From: Escherichia coli
GTDB taxonomy: Bacteria > Pseudomonadota > Gammaproteobacteria > Enterobacterales > Enterobacteriaceae
Assembly (NCBI RefSeq): GCF_030013595.1
Contig: NZ_CP122768.1
Reading direction: 5' to 3' (one strand)
DNA length: 64,000 nt
Part shown: positions 61,360-64,000 of the stretch, piece after piece
Layout of the letters: every line of letters starts with the position of its first letter
Numbering within the stretch: position 1 is the stretch's first letter
Position numbers and translations under genes: made by a program
Notes under the pieces: generated by a model
The model's database searches: none
Told to the model about the DNA's origin: nothing
What the model saw: the letters and a program-made list of their open reading frames with translations, nothing else

Positions 61360-63831
61360 TTAAGAATCAGCCTGACTCGGGATCAGTTTTTGCCAGATAA
61401 CTGAAACGTATTTTGCTTGGTAACGGGCGTCATCAAGTGCATTATGGCGCTCACCTTCGAATGGAATAGCCGTTCTGGCATCGAAATCTATGGCTTTCCC
61501 CAGCTCAACGATTGTGCGTACATCGCGATCGTTGTAGTAACGCCACGGGCAGGGGATCCCCTGCCGTTCGTATGAACGGCGCAAAATCGTGTTGTCGAAG
61601 TTGGCTCCATTTCCCCAAACCTGAACAAAAAATTCACCGGAGTTTTCGTCGATAAATTCCCGCAATTGTAACAGTGCATCATCTAACGGGATTTCATCGG
61701 TCATAATGGCAGATTGTGCTTCGCGTGATTGCTTAAGCCACCATTTAATGGTGTCCCGATCAATGACTCCGCCAGCAGTTTCCAGATCGATAGTCTTACT
61801 AAATTCCGGTCCTATATCTCCGGTTTGCGGATCGAAAAATATTGCACCTATTGAGATGATCGGTGCATCAGGATTTTTTCCCATGGTTTCAAGGTCGATC
61901 ATTAGATGGTCACACGTCCTGCTGGTGGATGTGATTTTGTGATGACCGTTCACCTTAATTGAGTGATCTGCCGTCTCGCCAGTTTCATTATCGCTATTGT
62001 GATGCTGATTGCCGCCAGTGTTCTCCTTGTGTGGATGTTCAGCGCCTTCCATTTCCTCCGGATCATCTTCCTGAACTTCAACCTGATACTCTTCATCGAA
62101 TGTTTCTTGGTATGTTGCGTCGCCCATCACCGCGCCACAATCAGGGCAGTTGCCGCCGCCGGTCTGACCGCAGGCGGTGCAGACTTTTTCCACTTCCTGT
62201 TGCGCCACTGGTTCAGGCTGTTTCGTTTCTGGCTCGTTTTGTAACGCATTTGGGCTGTTTTGTTCCGCTTTTTGGTAGTTCCGTTCCGATTCATGCTGGT
62301 TCTGGTTCACAGAATCGCGGGTCTGGATCCCCTTAACCCATTTCGGATCATTCGGGTCACTAATCCCTTCAACAAATTCACCATGTGATGCAGCAAGCAA
62401 CTTATCGGCGTCAGGCTGGCTGATATTGGCTGCCTGCATAATTTTGTTTACTTCGTCAGCGGTAACTTTTATCGGCTCTGGTTGTTCTGAATCTTCAGCG
62501 GTATCTACATTTTGCGGTAAGCCCGTGTATGTGCCATTTTTTCGGGCAAAATATTCTTCTTTTGTGATTTCAGTGGCGCCAGCAGCCAGTGCCTTATCTA
62601 GACCAGAAAGTTTGTTTGCGCGACCGTATTTTTCTCCGTCCTTATCTGCGAAGAGGAAATAGAACGGCCCCTCACGCTCTACAGATGGTTCAGCTTCCGG
62701 CGCGGTTTCATTTTTTGGGATATCAGATACCTCAGTTTCCACTGCATCAGTTTGTGTTTCTGATGACTGGAGAACATCAACAGTGCCCAGGTCTGTTTCT
62801 TCATTCTCAAACACGCCCTTTGTCGTCAGGTATTCGCAGATATATTTGTTCAGTGCTACGGGATCTTTGTGAATGTCGATCGGACGCTCACGGACAAGGC
62901 CAAAAATAGTTTGGCGGTCGTAGCGAAGGGCATCAGGCTGTTTGCGCATTGATGCCGAGATACGCTTCCAGTCTTCGCGGTCGTTGTCGATAACTTCTTT
63001 TTTTGCCCAGCGATGGATGCTGCCGTCAATGTTTCCGGCATCCACATCACCAGGCCAGAGAGCGTAGGCCAGTTCGTCATCCAGTGTTTTCCATGTCTGC
63101 TTGTATTCGCGATGAATGGCAGCAATGACCGGGCTGATTTTTCCTGTTGAATTTTCAGTGTACTGTTGATTGGCTCTGGCGCGGGCGAGATCAACAACAG
63201 ACGTGTATTTTCCGGTTTCCTTGCGTTCACCTTCGCGACGTTTTTTCCAGATGCGCATCTCTGCCTGAATTTCGGGCCATTTAGCACCAGGAATACATTT
63301 ATGCTTAACCCACCCAATGGCGTGCAACTTAAGCTCCGGATACATGGCGTTAACTTCTGGCATTTTCATCAACGCTTCAACGATATGTCCGTCGAATGTT
63401 GCCATGTCTTCCTGCAACAATTCCTGTGCGCTAATAACCATATCAACGGTGATGTTTTCACATGTGTCGAACTTAACCATGACAGCGTTCTGTACTTCAG
63501 GGGCCAGCTTGTCAAAAGTGACGTTCATCGGATCGGATTCAGTCTCAACCGGGACAAAAGAAGCAGACTCCTCATCCCAGCGGTTTTCCTGCATATATTC
63601 AGCATCCCATGAATCGAGGGCAGGGCGGGGTATGCCAGGTTTATCCTCGCAGACAATAAATTTATAAGCGCAGTCCTGAGCAGCCGGATAATGTTCCAGG
63701 AACTGCCAGTGAAATTTTGCTCGAGCACGGCGTTCGTCGCCAGCTTCAATGGCTGTGGCTACAGCCACAGCGCCTTCTTCCCTTGTTGCCAGTTCGTCAG
63801 GAATAGCGGCGCAAATAAAGACTTTACTCAT
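61360..63831 (-). CDS. prophage exonuclease-like protein (823 aa) with C-terminal DnaQ/DEDD-type 3'-5' exonuclease domain
   Basis: C-terminal DLET...NGANFDNTIL...HNALDDARY pattern resembles DEDDh exonuclease motifs; acidic central region with a Cys cluster (CTACGQTGGGNCPDCG). Confidence 0.55.
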   Translation of the reverse strand: MSKVFICAAIPDELATREEGAVAVATAIEAGDERRARAKFHWQFLEHYPAAQDCAYKFIVCEDKPGIPRPALDSWDAEYMQENRWDEESASFVPVETESDPMNVTFDKLAPEVQNAVMVKFDTCENITVDMVISAQELLQEDMATFDGHIVEALMKMPEVNAMYPELKLHAIGWVKHKCIPGAKWPEIQAEMRIWKKRREGERKETGKYTSVVDLARARANQQYTENSTGKISPVIAAIHREYKQTWKTLDDELAYALWPGDVDAGNIDGSIHRWAKKEVIDNDREDWKRISASMRKQPDALRYDRQTIFGLVRERPIDIHKDPVALNKYICEYLTTKGVFENEETDLGTVDVLQSSETQTDAVETEVSDIPKNETAPEAEPSVEREGPFYFLFADKDGEKYGRANKLSGLDKALAAGATEITKEEYFARKNGTYTGLPQNVDTAEDSEQPEPIKVTADEVNKIMQAANISQPDADKLLAASHGEFVEGISDPNDPKWVKGIQTRDSVNQNQHESERNYQKAEQNSPNALQNEPETKQPEPVAQQEVEKVCTACGQTGGGNCPDCGAVMGDATYQETFDEEYQVEVQEDDPEEMEGAEHPHKENTGGNQHHNSDNETGETADHSIKVNGHHKITSTSRTCDHLMIDLETMGKNPDAPIISIGAIFFDPQTGDIGPEFSKTIDLETAGGVIDRDTIKWWLKQSREAQSAIMTDEIPLDDALLQLREFIDENSGEFFVQVWGNGANFDNTILRRSYERQGIPCPWRYYNDRDVRTIVELGKAIDFDARTAIPFEGERHNALDDARYQAKYVSVIWQKLIPSQADS

Positions 63832-64000
63832 TTTGTTTTAACCTCATGACAGATTTAAGGATGAACAAATCCCTGCCATTGCTGGCATATAAGAATGAAA
63901 CCGGATATTTATTACGGAACTGTTTTAAAGACCTGCCGGGATTTCGATATTATCCTGGTGAATAACTTTATCGACCGGGTAACAGTTACCGGGAATTTTC

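Overview
This window is an Escherichia coli chromosomal segment from the replication-terminus region. It is colinear with, and inverted relative to, the K-12 block malX / malI-hdhA-uidR-uidABC / ydgA-manA / fumA-fumC / tus(+TerB)-rstBA / ydgC-folM-ydgI-ydgH / pntAB / tqsA / mdtJI / ydgD-ydgU-asr / ynfM / ynfL-mlc-ynfK / clcB-dmsD-ynfHGFE / ynfD-ynfC-speG-ynfB-ynfA / rspAB, and ends in the integrase end of a Qin-like lambdoid prophage inserted in ydfJ. The core genes look intact and ordinary. Two accessory features stand out. (1) ynfE is split by a 9,430-bp insertion (40812-50241) bounded by a perfect 11-bp direct repeat. The insert carries a frameshifted tyrosine integrase, arm-type repeats at both ends, a 44-bp tandem repeat, five T3/T7-class RNA polymerase promoter-like motifs but no RNA polymerase gene, two tandem KilA-N proteins, four ORFs of unknown function and one IS66-family copy. 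I do not recognise this element and propose it is an integrative element that depends on a T7-like (Autographiviridae) helper phage, i.e. a candidate phage satellite. (2) A second, apparently identical IS66-family copy in inverted orientation interrupts the prophage integrase. Both IS copies have their own intact 8-bp target duplications. All identifications come from reading translations and motifs by eye; no database search or computation was run.
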